This document shows, one piece after another, positions 19,185 to 27,971 of a stretch of 64,000 nucleotides of DNA (position 1 is the first letter of the stretch; each line of letters starts with the position of its first letter). A program made the translations under genes and the position numbers. Below the pieces are notes generated by a model, which saw only the letters and a program-made list of their open reading frames with translations, made no database searches and was not told the origin of the DNA. Source of the DNA: an uncultured virus (IMG/VR IMGVR_UViG_3300040815_001293) (lineage: Duplodnaviria; Heunggongvirae; Uroviricota; Caudoviricetes); IMG/VR virus record IMGVR_UViG_3300040815_001293; one strand, written 5' to 3'.

Positions 19185-19545
19185 GGTTGGCGGGCCAGTT
19201 TATAATACCGCTGTGGAAAAACTTATAGAGATATAAGACACGCAACACACTATGAAACACGGCAGACCGTGAATGTCCATTCAAACAAATTGGGACGTGG
19301 ATTGGTGTAGTACGAATGCTAACGTATGACAAACGCACATAACTCTTAAAAACTGTAACGATAGGAACGAGGTTACAGACTGCTAACGCAGGATCAGTAT
19401 AGGTTGGGAAAGGCTAGAGCCCATAGAGTTGCGATAAAATACCTATTTCCAATAAAGTCTGGCTGGGGCGAACTCACATGAAGACAGGACGGAACCTTAA
19501 AAGTGGTTCCGTCTGACTGAAACAATCTACATGATGACTATCGCT
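19185..19545 (+). ncRNA. Putative large structured non-coding RNA, family unassigned
   Basis: ORF-free ~475-nt gap, richer in G+C than other intergenic gaps, with at least 10 complementary stems including long-range and crossing pairs (see findings). Confidence 0.7.
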
Positions 19546-19581
19546 TCGCTCTTAACTTATATGTATTTCTAATTAAAAATA

Positions 19582-19628
19582 AACAACGAACGAAAGTGAA
19601 GTTGTTAGATGTACGAAGTACATCTTTT
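19582..19628. terminator. Tandem hairpins between convergent operons (terminator or DNA hairpins)
   Basis: AACAAC...GTTGTT (19582-19606), then perfect AGATGTAC-GAA-GTACATCT (19607-19625) followed by TTT. Confidence 0.55.
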
Positions 19629-19640
19629 AATGTGAATCTA

Positions 19641-19829
19641 TTATAAGATAGGTAATCCAGTTTTATTAACTGTTTTAATATTCTCTTCGATAATTTCGGC
19701 TATATGTTTAGTGTCAGATCTCGACAACATATAAGCCTGATCTAAATTAATACCACCACGCATATACCATACGATTCGAGTAAGTTCTTTTTTTATAATT
19801 TGGGCTTCTTTGTCGTAGTCTTTAACCAT
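19641..19829 (-). CDS. Small baseplate/tail assembly chaperone (gp51-like); probable -1 frameshift extension of the upstream gene
   Basis: WYMRGGINLDQAYMLS motif; the frame is open upstream of the ATG as far as the slippery site at 19871-19880. Confidence 0.7.
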   Translation of the reverse strand: MVKDYDKEAQIIKKELTRIVWYMRGGINLDQAYMLSRSDTKHIAEIIEENIKTVNKTGLPIL

Positions 19830-19864
19830 CTGTGCAATTTCTTCGTTGGCGAGACTCAGAAGCC

Positions 19865-20701
19865 TTATACGAAAAAATTTGCGTTATCGAATAATATTGG
19901 AGTCGACAACTCCGTTTCACAGTTAGAACACTTACCTTCAAATTGTTTAAAACTGTTTTTATCTCTTTGTTGGTCCAGGTGATTTTGTACCGCTTTAAAA
20001 GTTTTTCTATCAACGTTTGCTACAAACTCTGCAATATGATTTGGATCCTCTACAACAACTCCATTAGACATTTCAATTTTACAAATTGTTTTTCCAATTA
20101 ACCCTACTGTTAAGGCAGTAAGTCTTAAAAATGCATCTTGAAATAATTCACGCTTCTTTTCATCGTCGATATTTTCATTATTAACAATTTTCATAATTTT
20201 TGATTCTTCAAAATTACGCAAACTTTCAGCATTAATTTCTTTATAGTTTAATGGTTGAAATGTAATTTTTAAATCACCTACTTCAAGTAAGTCGTCAAAT
20301 TTCCAATTTTTAGTTTCATCCATTAAATGTGTTAAGTCAATTCCAAAATCATTTTTGGTTTGACATTTAGGACAGCCGATGGTAATATCCATTTGCTCTC
20401 CATAAGTTGCAATACGAACGGCTATTAATAATGCGTCCATGTCGATACTAGGAACTTGCCAAGGATCCGAGATCGCTGGTACACAACTTCTTATTACTTC
20501 AACAGTACTAGCACCGTTGAGTAATGCATCTGGCGTTTTTAGGACTAACTCGTCCCTAGCAGTCATTGGGTAAATCCCAAGTTCGCCGTTAGGTGGCAAG
20601 TCTAAAACACCTTGTTTATAGTACTTTCCTTGACTAGGTAGTGCAATATAAACTTCTGGTTTACGAAAATATCCCACTAAAGGGTTTTGATTGTTTTCCA
20701 T
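19865..20701 (-). CDS. gp26: Baseplate hub assembly chaperone (T4 gp26-like)
   Basis: LPSQG..Y, PMTARDE..L, D...LLIAVRIATYGE, two CxxC pairs, ends NFFV; divergent from the tape measure gene. Confidence 0.8.
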   Translation of the reverse strand: MENNQNPLVGYFRKPEVYIALPSQGKYYKQGVLDLPPNGELGIYPMTARDELVLKTPDALLNGASTVEVIRSCVPAISDPWQVPSIDMDALLIAVRIATYGEQMDITIGCPKCQTKNDFGIDLTHLMDETKNWKFDDLLEVGDLKITFQPLNYKEINAESLRNFEESKIMKIVNNENIDDEKKRELFQDAFLRLTALTVGLIGKTICKIEMSNGVVVEDPNHIAEFVANVDRKTFKAVQNHLDQQRDKNSFKQFEGKCSNCETELSTPILFDNANFFV

Positions 20702-20774
20702 GTTTTTGACTCCGATAAATAACTATATAAAATACTTCTTATGAAGTATACATAGTTATTTATCTGGGTATATA

Positions 20775-23132
20775 ATGGCAGTTGAAATAGATATAGACAA
20801 TAATAAAGTCACACTCAATAATGTTGCTACTGAAGAAACATTAAAGCGATTAGTGGATAAAATGGAAGGTTCTTCTTCCGGATCTACTGGTGGCGTTGCT
20901 TTCAAAGACGCAGTTGAGCAAACTAACAAAATGGCAAAAGGCACTAAAAAGCTCAACGTTGAGCTTAAAGGTCTTACTAAAAGTGCTGACGATTTAGCAG
21001 AAGAATTAGATGATGCGGCTGATTCTGCCCAAGGATTTGGCAGTAAAGTTGGTAACATGGCTAACAAAGTCATGGGTGCCGCCGAAGACGTAGTTAAATT
21101 TGGTGCTAGTACAGCCGGCGTTGGCTTAACAATGAAAGACGTTGGTGGAGCAGTTGACAAGTTTGCTAGTGCTATTCCTTATGCCGGGGCGGCTCTCGGA
21201 GCGGCTGGCGGAGCCATTATTGGACATACTGCAAATTTGGCAGATAGTTTTGACCAATTATCTAGAACAGGTGCAAACTTTAGCGGTAACTTATTTGATA
21301 TTGAACGTGCCGCGGCAAAAAGTTATTTAAATTTAGAACAGTTTGGTGGAATTATAAGAGAGAACTCAGCAAGTTTGGCTGTATTTGGTGGTAATGCTAA
21401 ACTTGGTGCTAAACGATTTGTAGACATCAATGTCGCAATGAATGAAACATCACGTGACAGATTGAGAATGCTTGGTATCAGTGCTGAAGAAAGTGCTGAA
21501 ATGCTTGGTGAATATATTACGATGCAACAGCGTAATACTGCTTTCCAAGGAATGAGTGTAAGGCAACAAAGTCAAGCGGCGGCAAATTATTCAGAAGAAA
21601 TTACAAAACTTGCTACATTAACTGGACAAGACAGAAAACAACTTGCTGAAAAAATGTCAAGAGAAAAACAAGCGGCTGATATTGAATTACGTTTATCAGA
21701 GATGACTGCAAAAGGTAATACTGATACAAGAAATTCACTACAGTTACTAAAAGAAAAATTCGGCGATGTACCAGGTGCAATGGATCTTGTTACACAAGGT
21801 ATGCGTGGATTTACAGTTGGTGCAACAACTGAAGGTAACGTTTTATTACAAAGTCCAATGGGGCAAGAGCTTAATAAACTTGGACAACAAATGCGTACTG
21901 GTACATTAACGCAAGAAGAAGTTATTAAGCGAATGGGTTCAGTATATGAACAACAAAAAGGCACAATGGATGGTATGCGTGACTTGGGCGGATTTAGTCC
22001 TATAGCAGACCAAATGAACCAAAGTGTATTTGCACTTCAAGGTGTTAATCAGCAGTACAAAGTTATAATGGAAAAATTTGGCGGAGATATGGTGGCATAC
22101 TCCGAATCACTAAAACCAGATGTTAGTGAAGAAACAAAAACTGTGAAAAAGACACAGATGGTAATTGAGGATTTAGGTAAAACAACAAGACTTGGAATTA
22201 ATAAAGTAGCCGAAGGTGCAACAGCATCGATGAGTGGAGTTGTTACACAATTAAAAAATTTAGTTGACGGTGTTGAACTTGATGAAGATACTAAAAAAGA
22301 ATTAACTAATTTCAAAACTAATACACAAGCGGCGGCTGGAGCGGCATCAGGACTTGCCAAAGCGGCAACAAAAGCGGCAACTACTTTAGGTGAGATAGCA
22401 GTTAAAAATGCCGAAACAGTAAAACAAGTTGCAAAAGCGGTAACGTCGACAGGGTCGTCGGCAACAACAGGAGTTGCAAAAGCAGTTACAAGTAACGCAG
22501 ATGAGGTTGCTAAAACAGGTGGTGCAGTAGCATCAGCAGTAAAAGGAACAGCGGCGGCAACTGGGTCAGTTGGATCTAGTATTGCGGCAAATTTACTTAA
22601 AAAAATTCCAATACTAGGTGCTTTAGCAACAGGTGGTATTAACTATGCAACAAGTGACCAAGATACACAAGTAGGTAAAGTAGCAGAAGGAGTTGGTTCA
22701 GGACTTGGATCATTCGGTGGTGGTTTAGGTGGAGCGGCGGCAGGTGCCGCAATTGGTACTGCAATTCTTCCTGTTGTAGGAACTGCTATTGGTGGTATTA
22801 TTGGTGGTATTGCTGGAAGTTTAGCAGGTGATAAAGCAGGTAAAGGATTAGGCGGTTGGTTTGCAGATAAGTTTGGATTTGAAGATGGCGGTATTATTAG
22901 ACAACCAACATTAAGTATGATAGGTGAAGGCGCAAGTGACGAAGCAGTTGTTCCTTTAGCAAATAACCGTAGTATTCCTGTAGATATTGACATGGCACCT
23001 ATTGCAAATTTAACAAAAAGTGTTGAAAAACTTGTAGAAATGCAAAATATGAAAGCCGATAATACAGAATTAGTTAATGAATTAAAGAAAATGAACCGTC
23101 AAACAGGACAAATAGTAAAACTTCAATCTTAA
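20775..23132 (+). CDS. Tape measure protein (probable)
   Basis: 785 aa, Ala/Gly-rich and helical, glycine-zipper GAAAGAAIG...GTAIGGIIGG, C-terminal GFEDGGII..PT...IGE...EAVVPL. Confidence 0.75.
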   Translation: MAVEIDIDNNKVTLNNVATEETLKRLVDKMEGSSSGSTGGVAFKDAVEQTNKMAKGTKKLNVELKGLTKSADDLAEELDDAADSAQGFGSKVGNMANKVMGAAEDVVKFGASTAGVGLTMKDVGGAVDKFASAIPYAGAALGAAGGAIIGHTANLADSFDQLSRTGANFSGNLFDIERAAAKSYLNLEQFGGIIRENSASLAVFGGNAKLGAKRFVDINVAMNETSRDRLRMLGISAEESAEMLGEYITMQQRNTAFQGMSVRQQSQAAANYSEEITKLATLTGQDRKQLAEKMSREKQAADIELRLSEMTAKGNTDTRNSLQLLKEKFGDVPGAMDLVTQGMRGFTVGATTEGNVLLQSPMGQELNKLGQQMRTGTLTQEEVIKRMGSVYEQQKGTMDGMRDLGGFSPIADQMNQSVFALQGVNQQYKVIMEKFGGDMVAYSESLKPDVSEETKTVKKTQMVIEDLGKTTRLGINKVAEGATASMSGVVTQLKNLVDGVELDEDTKKELTNFKTNTQAAAGAASGLAKAATKAATTLGEIAVKNAETVKQVAKAVTSTGSSATTGVAKAVTSNADEVAKTGGAVASAVKGTAAATGSVGSSIAANLLKKIPILGALATGGINYATSDQDTQVGKVAEGVGSGLGSFGGGLGGAAAGAAIGTAILPVVGTAIGGIIGGIAGSLAGDKAGKGLGGWFADKFGFEDGGIIRQPTLSMIGEGASDEAVVPLANNRSIPVDIDMAPIANLTKSVEKLVEMQNMKADNTELVNELKKMNRQTGQIVKLQS

Positions 23133-23135
23133 CGG

Positions 23136-23164
23136 TTGCAATAAATACTACTATATGTTATAAT
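23136..23164 (+). promoter_or_regulatory. Sigma70-type promoter with a nested late core, upstream of portal
   Basis: TTGCAA (23136-23141), 17-nt spacer, TGtTATAAT (23156-23164); TAAATA at 23142-23147. Confidence 0.6.
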
Positions 23165-23189
23165 AAAGCATTGAATATAGGAAAAACGA

Positions 23190-24875
23190 ATGAGTTGGAA
23201 AAAATATTTTAAAGTAGTAGACACTAATAGTATGACAGGATCTACAACTATGCCCAGAGATTCTCAGGCAGATGTAGGATTTAAAAACTATCAAAGTCAT
23301 CTACCAGAAGTTTACACTGGACATCCAAATCGTATTGAAAGATATAATCAATATGAAACAATGGATAGTGACAGTGAGATCAATGCGGCATTAGATATCC
23401 TTGCAGAATTTAGTACTCAAGCAAACGTAGAAAATAGAACACCTTTTGATTTATTTTTTAAAGATGCACCAAGTGACTCTGAAGTAAAAGTTTTAAAAGA
23501 AGCACTTTTTAGTTGGGTAAGTCTTAACGATTTCGATAAAAGAATTTTTAAAATGTTTCGTAATACTTTAAAGTATGGCGATCAAGTATTTGTAAGAGAT
23601 CCAGAAACATTCAAATGGCATTGGGTAGACAATGCAGACATTGTTAAAGTTATTGTAAATGAAAGTAAAGGTAAAGAACCTGAGCAGTATGTTTTAAGAA
23701 ATATTAATCCTAATTTTCAAAACTTAACAGCCACACAGCCACAACATAGTGATTTAAAATCTGGTAGTCAAATGGGCGGACAAGGTCCAATTAATAACCA
23801 AGGAAACATTTATAATTTAAATCAACCTGGCTCACAAGGAAATAGATTTAGTACACAAACAAATGAAATGTCAATTGATGCAAGTCATGTTGTACATATT
23901 AGTTTAACAGAAGGACTTGATCCTAATTGGCCATTTGGTATTAGTGTATTAGAAAGTGTATTTAAAGTATACAAACAAAAAGAATTATTAGAAGACGCTA
24001 TTATTATTTACAGAGTACAACGTGCTCCAGAACGTAGAGTGTTTTATATTGACGTAGGTAATATGCCAGCACACATGGCAATGGGTTACGTTAACAGAGT
24101 TAAAAACGAAATACATCAAAGACGTATTCCAACACAAAGTGGTGGCGGCGGAAGTATGATGGATGCAACATATAATCCATTAAGTATCAATGAAGATTAT
24201 TTCTTTCCACAAACTGCTGAAGGTAGAGGAAGTAAAGTTGAAACATTACCGGGTGGTACAAACTTAGGTGAAATTGATGACTTGAAATACTTTACTAACA
24301 AGTTGTTTAGAGGATTAAGAATTCCAAGTAGTTATTTGCCAACAGGTGCAGAGGACGGAAGTTCGGTTGCAAGTGATGGTAGAGTAGGAACTGCATTAAT
24401 CCAAGAATACAGATTCAATCAATACTGTAAACGTTTACAAGCAACAGTGTCAACTACATTTGACCATGAGTTTAAAATGTATTTAAACTGGAAAGGTTAT
24501 AACATTGATAGCAGTATGTTTGAATTGCGTATGAATGAACCTCAAAACTTTGCGGCATACAGACAAGCAGAACTTGATAATCAACGTGCAACTTTATTCT
24601 CTAGTTTATCACAAACACCTTATTTGAGCAAAAGATTTATGCTTAAACGTTTCTTAGGTATTAGTGAAGAAGAACTTCAAGAGAATGATAAACTTTGGGC
24701 AGAAGAAAACGGAACTACAACTGCACAACAAACAGTAGGCGAAGACTTACGAAGTGTTGGAGTAACTCCAGGCGGACTTGGAACTGATATAGATGCAGGT
24801 GCAGAACCTGAAGGTGGTGATGTAGATATCGATGCACCCGAGGGTGGCGATACTTCCGACGACGTAGAACTGTAG
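23190..24875 (+). CDS. gp20: Portal protein
   Basis: LLEDAIIIYRVQRAPERRVFYIDVGNMP and EDYFFP...GRGSKVETLPGG.NLGEIDD, diagnostic of T4 gp20. Confidence 0.97.
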   Translation: MSWKKYFKVVDTNSMTGSTTMPRDSQADVGFKNYQSHLPEVYTGHPNRIERYNQYETMDSDSEINAALDILAEFSTQANVENRTPFDLFFKDAPSDSEVKVLKEALFSWVSLNDFDKRIFKMFRNTLKYGDQVFVRDPETFKWHWVDNADIVKVIVNESKGKEPEQYVLRNINPNFQNLTATQPQHSDLKSGSQMGGQGPINNQGNIYNLNQPGSQGNRFSTQTNEMSIDASHVVHISLTEGLDPNWPFGISVLESVFKVYKQKELLEDAIIIYRVQRAPERRVFYIDVGNMPAHMAMGYVNRVKNEIHQRRIPTQSGGGGSMMDATYNPLSINEDYFFPQTAEGRGSKVETLPGGTNLGEIDDLKYFTNKLFRGLRIPSSYLPTGAEDGSSVASDGRVGTALIQEYRFNQYCKRLQATVSTTFDHEFKMYLNWKGYNIDSSMFELRMNEPQNFAAYRQAELDNQRATLFSSLSQTPYLSKRFMLKRFLGISEEELQENDKLWAEENGTTTAQQTVGEDLRSVGVTPGGLGTDIDAGAEPEGGDVDIDAPEGGDTSDDVEL

Positions 24876-25055
24876 AGAAACTGGAATGATAGAATATATC
24901 TTTCCGATAATTTACTAGCAAACATACAAAAAGAAATTTCTAATGTTGTTGAAAAAACAAAATTAGATTATAAATCTGAGTGGGGTAAGACCCACAAGAT
25001 ATCATTCAATATATTTTTTAATAAATAACATTAAGATAAAGGTAAATATTATATC

Positions 25056-25271
25056 ATGGACTTAAACGATTTATTTGAAAAAAACCGCTATTCTGTAGAA
25101 GACGATAAAAGTACACTAATTATAGGTGATACTCGTAAAGTCAAGTTGACTCTAGAACAAATTAATAAACTTCGACGTATTAAAGAAGCAAAAAAGTTCG
25201 AAGAGTATCAAAAACTACAGAAAGTTAAGGCACAATACGGTGCCCAAAAAGACGAAGGTGGCGGTTTATAA
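25056..25271 (+). CDS. Small hypothetical protein of the head module
   Basis: 71-aa ORF between portal and core genes, preceded by TAAATA. Confidence 0.7.
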   Translation: MDLNDLFEKNRYSVEDDKSTLIIGDTRKVKLTLEQINKLRRIKEAKKFEEYQKLQKVKAQYGAQKDEGGGL

Positions 25272-25407
25272 GTCCTATAATAGGTGTGTTTTTTGGTATA
25301 TCTAAATAAAATATCGAAAAACTGCTAATATTTCACCTTTTAGACCCCTTTTTCCCCCATCTGATGTAAATAATATTACCGATAACTATCCTAATAGGAG
25401 TATTAAT

Positions 25408-26184
25408 ATGAGCGATAAATGGAAACAACTTGTTGACTTGATTGTTAACGAGGAAGAACAAAAAGCAAGTGATTTGTTTCACGAAATCGTTATTGAGAAT
25501 TCACGTGAGATTTATGAAAATCTTATTTCTCAAGAAGATTTAGACGAAGTATCACAAGACGAAGTGAAAGACTTTGAACAAGATATTAAAGCAGATGAAG
25601 AAGGCGTTTCTGAAGAAGACGATGATATGGAAAACGCTAGTGATGAATTAGAAGCAGAAATGGGTATGGAGCCAGAAGCAGGCGAAGAAGCACCTGAAGA
25701 AGCAGATAGTGAAGAACTAGAAGATCGTGTTGTTGATTTAGAAGATAACATTGCTGAACTTCAAAAAGAATTCGAAGAATTATTAAACAAAGAAGACGAC
25801 GGTGATTCAGAAGAAGCACCTGCAGAAGAGCCAGAAATGGAAGAAGCAGTAGCAGAAACTGAAGAATCAGTTGAAGAAGCGAAATCAGATGATGAAGCCG
25901 AAGCAGTAGAAGAAGCAAAAACTGAAACTGAAGAGTCTAAAGAAGACGAAGTTACAGAAGAAGCAGAAGAAACTGTAGAAGAAGATGCTGAAAAAGTTGA
26001 CGAAAGTAAACTTGAAAAGGCACCTGAGGCTGATAAGGCTGACCATGCAGACAATAAAGCATCACCAATTGCTAAACAGCAAAAAGGTGGTATGAAAGTT
26101 GCTAAAGGCGAAGAAGCAGGCGCTCCTACACCTAAATCAACAAGCATGGGCGGTACTACTAAACCGGACGTAAAGAAAGTATAA
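25408..26184 (+). CDS. Highly acidic prohead core/scaffold-like protein
   Basis: Very Glu-rich; AGGAG RBS; occupies the gp67/gp68 position between gp20 and gp21. Confidence 0.65.
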   Translation: MSDKWKQLVDLIVNEEEQKASDLFHEIVIENSREIYENLISQEDLDEVSQDEVKDFEQDIKADEEGVSEEDDDMENASDELEAEMGMEPEAGEEAPEEADSEELEDRVVDLEDNIAELQKEFEELLNKEDDGDSEEAPAEEPEMEEAVAETEESVEEAKSDDEAEAVEEAKTETEESKEDEVTEEAEETVEEDAEKVDESKLEKAPEADKADHADNKASPIAKQQKGGMKVAKGEEAGAPTPKSTSMGGTTKPDVKKV

Positions 26185-26212
26185 TAAAACTTTATTAAAG
26201 GAATAAATCAGA

Positions 26213-26848
26213 ATGAACTCAGTATATCTAAAAGAGAATCTAACGTTTGACCAAGCAAGAATGGTTACAGAAAGTGCAAACGACGGCAAGGACTTGTTCC
26301 TTAAAGGAATTTGTATTCAAGGTGGTGTGAAGAATCACAACCAACGACTTTACCCTGTTGACCAAATTGCAACTGCGGTAACTTCTCTTAACGAACAGAT
26401 TACTGAAGGAAACTCTGTTTTAGGAGAAGTAGATCATCCAGACGATTTAAAAATTAACTTGGATCGAGTTTGCCACATGATTACTGAAATGTGGATGGAT
26501 GGTCCAAATGGTTATGGTAAACTAAAAATTCTCCCAACACCGATGGGTCAACTGGTACGAACAATGCTAGAAAGCGGTGTCAAATTGGGAGTTTCAAGTC
26601 GCGGAAGCGGCGAAGTCAATGATGCAACCGGAGAGGTTAGCGGATTCGAGATCGTTACAGTAGACGTAGTCGCACAGCCGAGTGCCCCTAATGCCTACCC
26701 AACTGCAATTTACGAAGGCTTATTGAACATGAAAAATGGTCATAAGATTTTGGGAATAGCGGCAGAGGCTAAAGAAGATACTCGTGTGCAAAAATTTTTA
26801 AAAGATGAGGTGGTAAACCTTATCAATGAACTTAAATTAAGGAGTTGA
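26213..26848 (+). CDS. gp21: Prohead protease
   Basis: GEVDHP, LGVSSRGSG and DVVAQPSAPNA motifs. Confidence 0.95.
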   Translation: MNSVYLKENLTFDQARMVTESANDGKDLFLKGICIQGGVKNHNQRLYPVDQIATAVTSLNEQITEGNSVLGEVDHPDDLKINLDRVCHMITEMWMDGPNGYGKLKILPTPMGQLVRTMLESGVKLGVSSRGSGEVNDATGEVSGFEIVTVDVVAQPSAPNAYPTAIYEGLLNMKNGHKILGIAAEAKEDTRVQKFLKDEVVNLINELKLRS

Positions 26849-26853
26849 CCAAA

Positions 26854-27945
26854 ATGTTTGACGCACTCAAACCATTGCTAGATAGCGGTATAGTCAACGA
26901 GGAAACTAAGACTGAAATTCAAGAGGCTTGGGAAACCAAGTTAAATGAAACTAGGGAAGAGATCCGCGGTGAGTTACGTGATGAATTTTCACGTCGTTAT
27001 GAGCATGATAAAACCACTATGGTTGAGAGTCTTGACAAAATGGTGAATGAAAACTTAACTAAAGAACTTGAGAAGATTGCTGAAGAACGCAAAGCACTAG
27101 AAGAAGACAGAGTTAAATTCAATGTAAAAATGAATGAAAACACTGATAAAGTTAAAAACTTTATGTTATCTAAACTAGGCGCTGAATTAAGCGAACTGAA
27201 TGAAGATCGTAAAGTTCAAGCAGAAACTCTTGATAAGTTACAAAAGTTTGTTGTAAAAGCTCTTGCAGAAGAGATCGCAGAATTCCATAAGGATAAGGAA
27301 GCGGTTGTCGAAACTAGAGTTAAACTTGTTGCAGAAGGCAAGAAACAACTTTCAAAACTTAAAGAGACTTTCATTGAACGTTCAAGCAAATTAGTGAAGG
27401 ATTCAGTCGTTAAGAATCTTAACAACGAGTTGACTCAACTTAAAGAAGATATTGAGACTGCACGTCAAAATAACTTCGGTCGCAAATTGTTCGAAACATT
27501 TGCTGGTGAGTTTGCAACATCACATTTGAATGAAAATTCAGATATTAAGAAGTTGCAAGACGAAGTAGCAGAAGTTAAAAAACAACTTGATGAATCGAAA
27601 AAAGACGCAGAAACAAAATCAACTTTAGTTGAAAGCAAAGAAGCAGAAATTCGTAAAATCAACGATCGCATTGTCCGTGATCAAAAATTAAACGAAATGA
27701 TGGGACCATTAAGCAAAGATCAGAAAGTCGTTATGCAAGATTTACTTGAAAACGTTATTACTGATAAACTTGATGCAACATTTAACAAATATTTGCCAGC
27801 AGTTCTTAAAAACGAAGTTAGAGCAGACAGTAAAAAGTCCGCTATAATGGAGTCAAAAGAAGTAACTGGTAATAAAAAAGAATCCGTAAACGCAGAAGAT
27901 GAGGGCAATATCATTGAAATTAAGCGTCTAGCGGGACTAAACTAA
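26854..27945 (+). CDS. gp22: Prohead core scaffold protein
   Basis: Coiled-coil protein between gp21 and gp23. AAGGAG RBS favours ATG 26854 over the TTG at 26845. Confidence 0.85.
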   Translation: MFDALKPLLDSGIVNEETKTEIQEAWETKLNETREEIRGELRDEFSRRYEHDKTTMVESLDKMVNENLTKELEKIAEERKALEEDRVKFNVKMNENTDKVKNFMLSKLGAELSELNEDRKVQAETLDKLQKFVVKALAEEIAEFHKDKEAVVETRVKLVAEGKKQLSKLKETFIERSSKLVKDSVVKNLNNELTQLKEDIETARQNNFGRKLFETFAGEFATSHLNENSDIKKLQDEVAEVKKQLDESKKDAETKSTLVESKEAEIRKINDRIVRDQKLNEMMGPLSKDQKVVMQDLLENVITDKLDATFNKYLPAVLKNEVRADSKKSAIMESKEVTGNKKESVNAEDEGNIIEIKRLAGLN

Positions 27946-27971
27946 AAATATATAATTAGGAGACTAAAAAA

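Noticed and set aside
19165..19640. Intergenic element as tRNA, tmRNA, CRISPR array, retron or group I/II intron
   Set aside because: I see no cloverleaf or T-loop, no repeat-spacer periodicity, no nearby RT, no interrupted gene and no recognisable intron catalytic motifs. It is kept as an unassigned ncRNA.
19822..20013. 63-aa minus-strand ORF overlapping the gp26 3' end as an alternative frameshift product
   Set aside because: It is in the third frame and stops at 19822. The -1 frame is the one that joins the downstream chaperone ORF.
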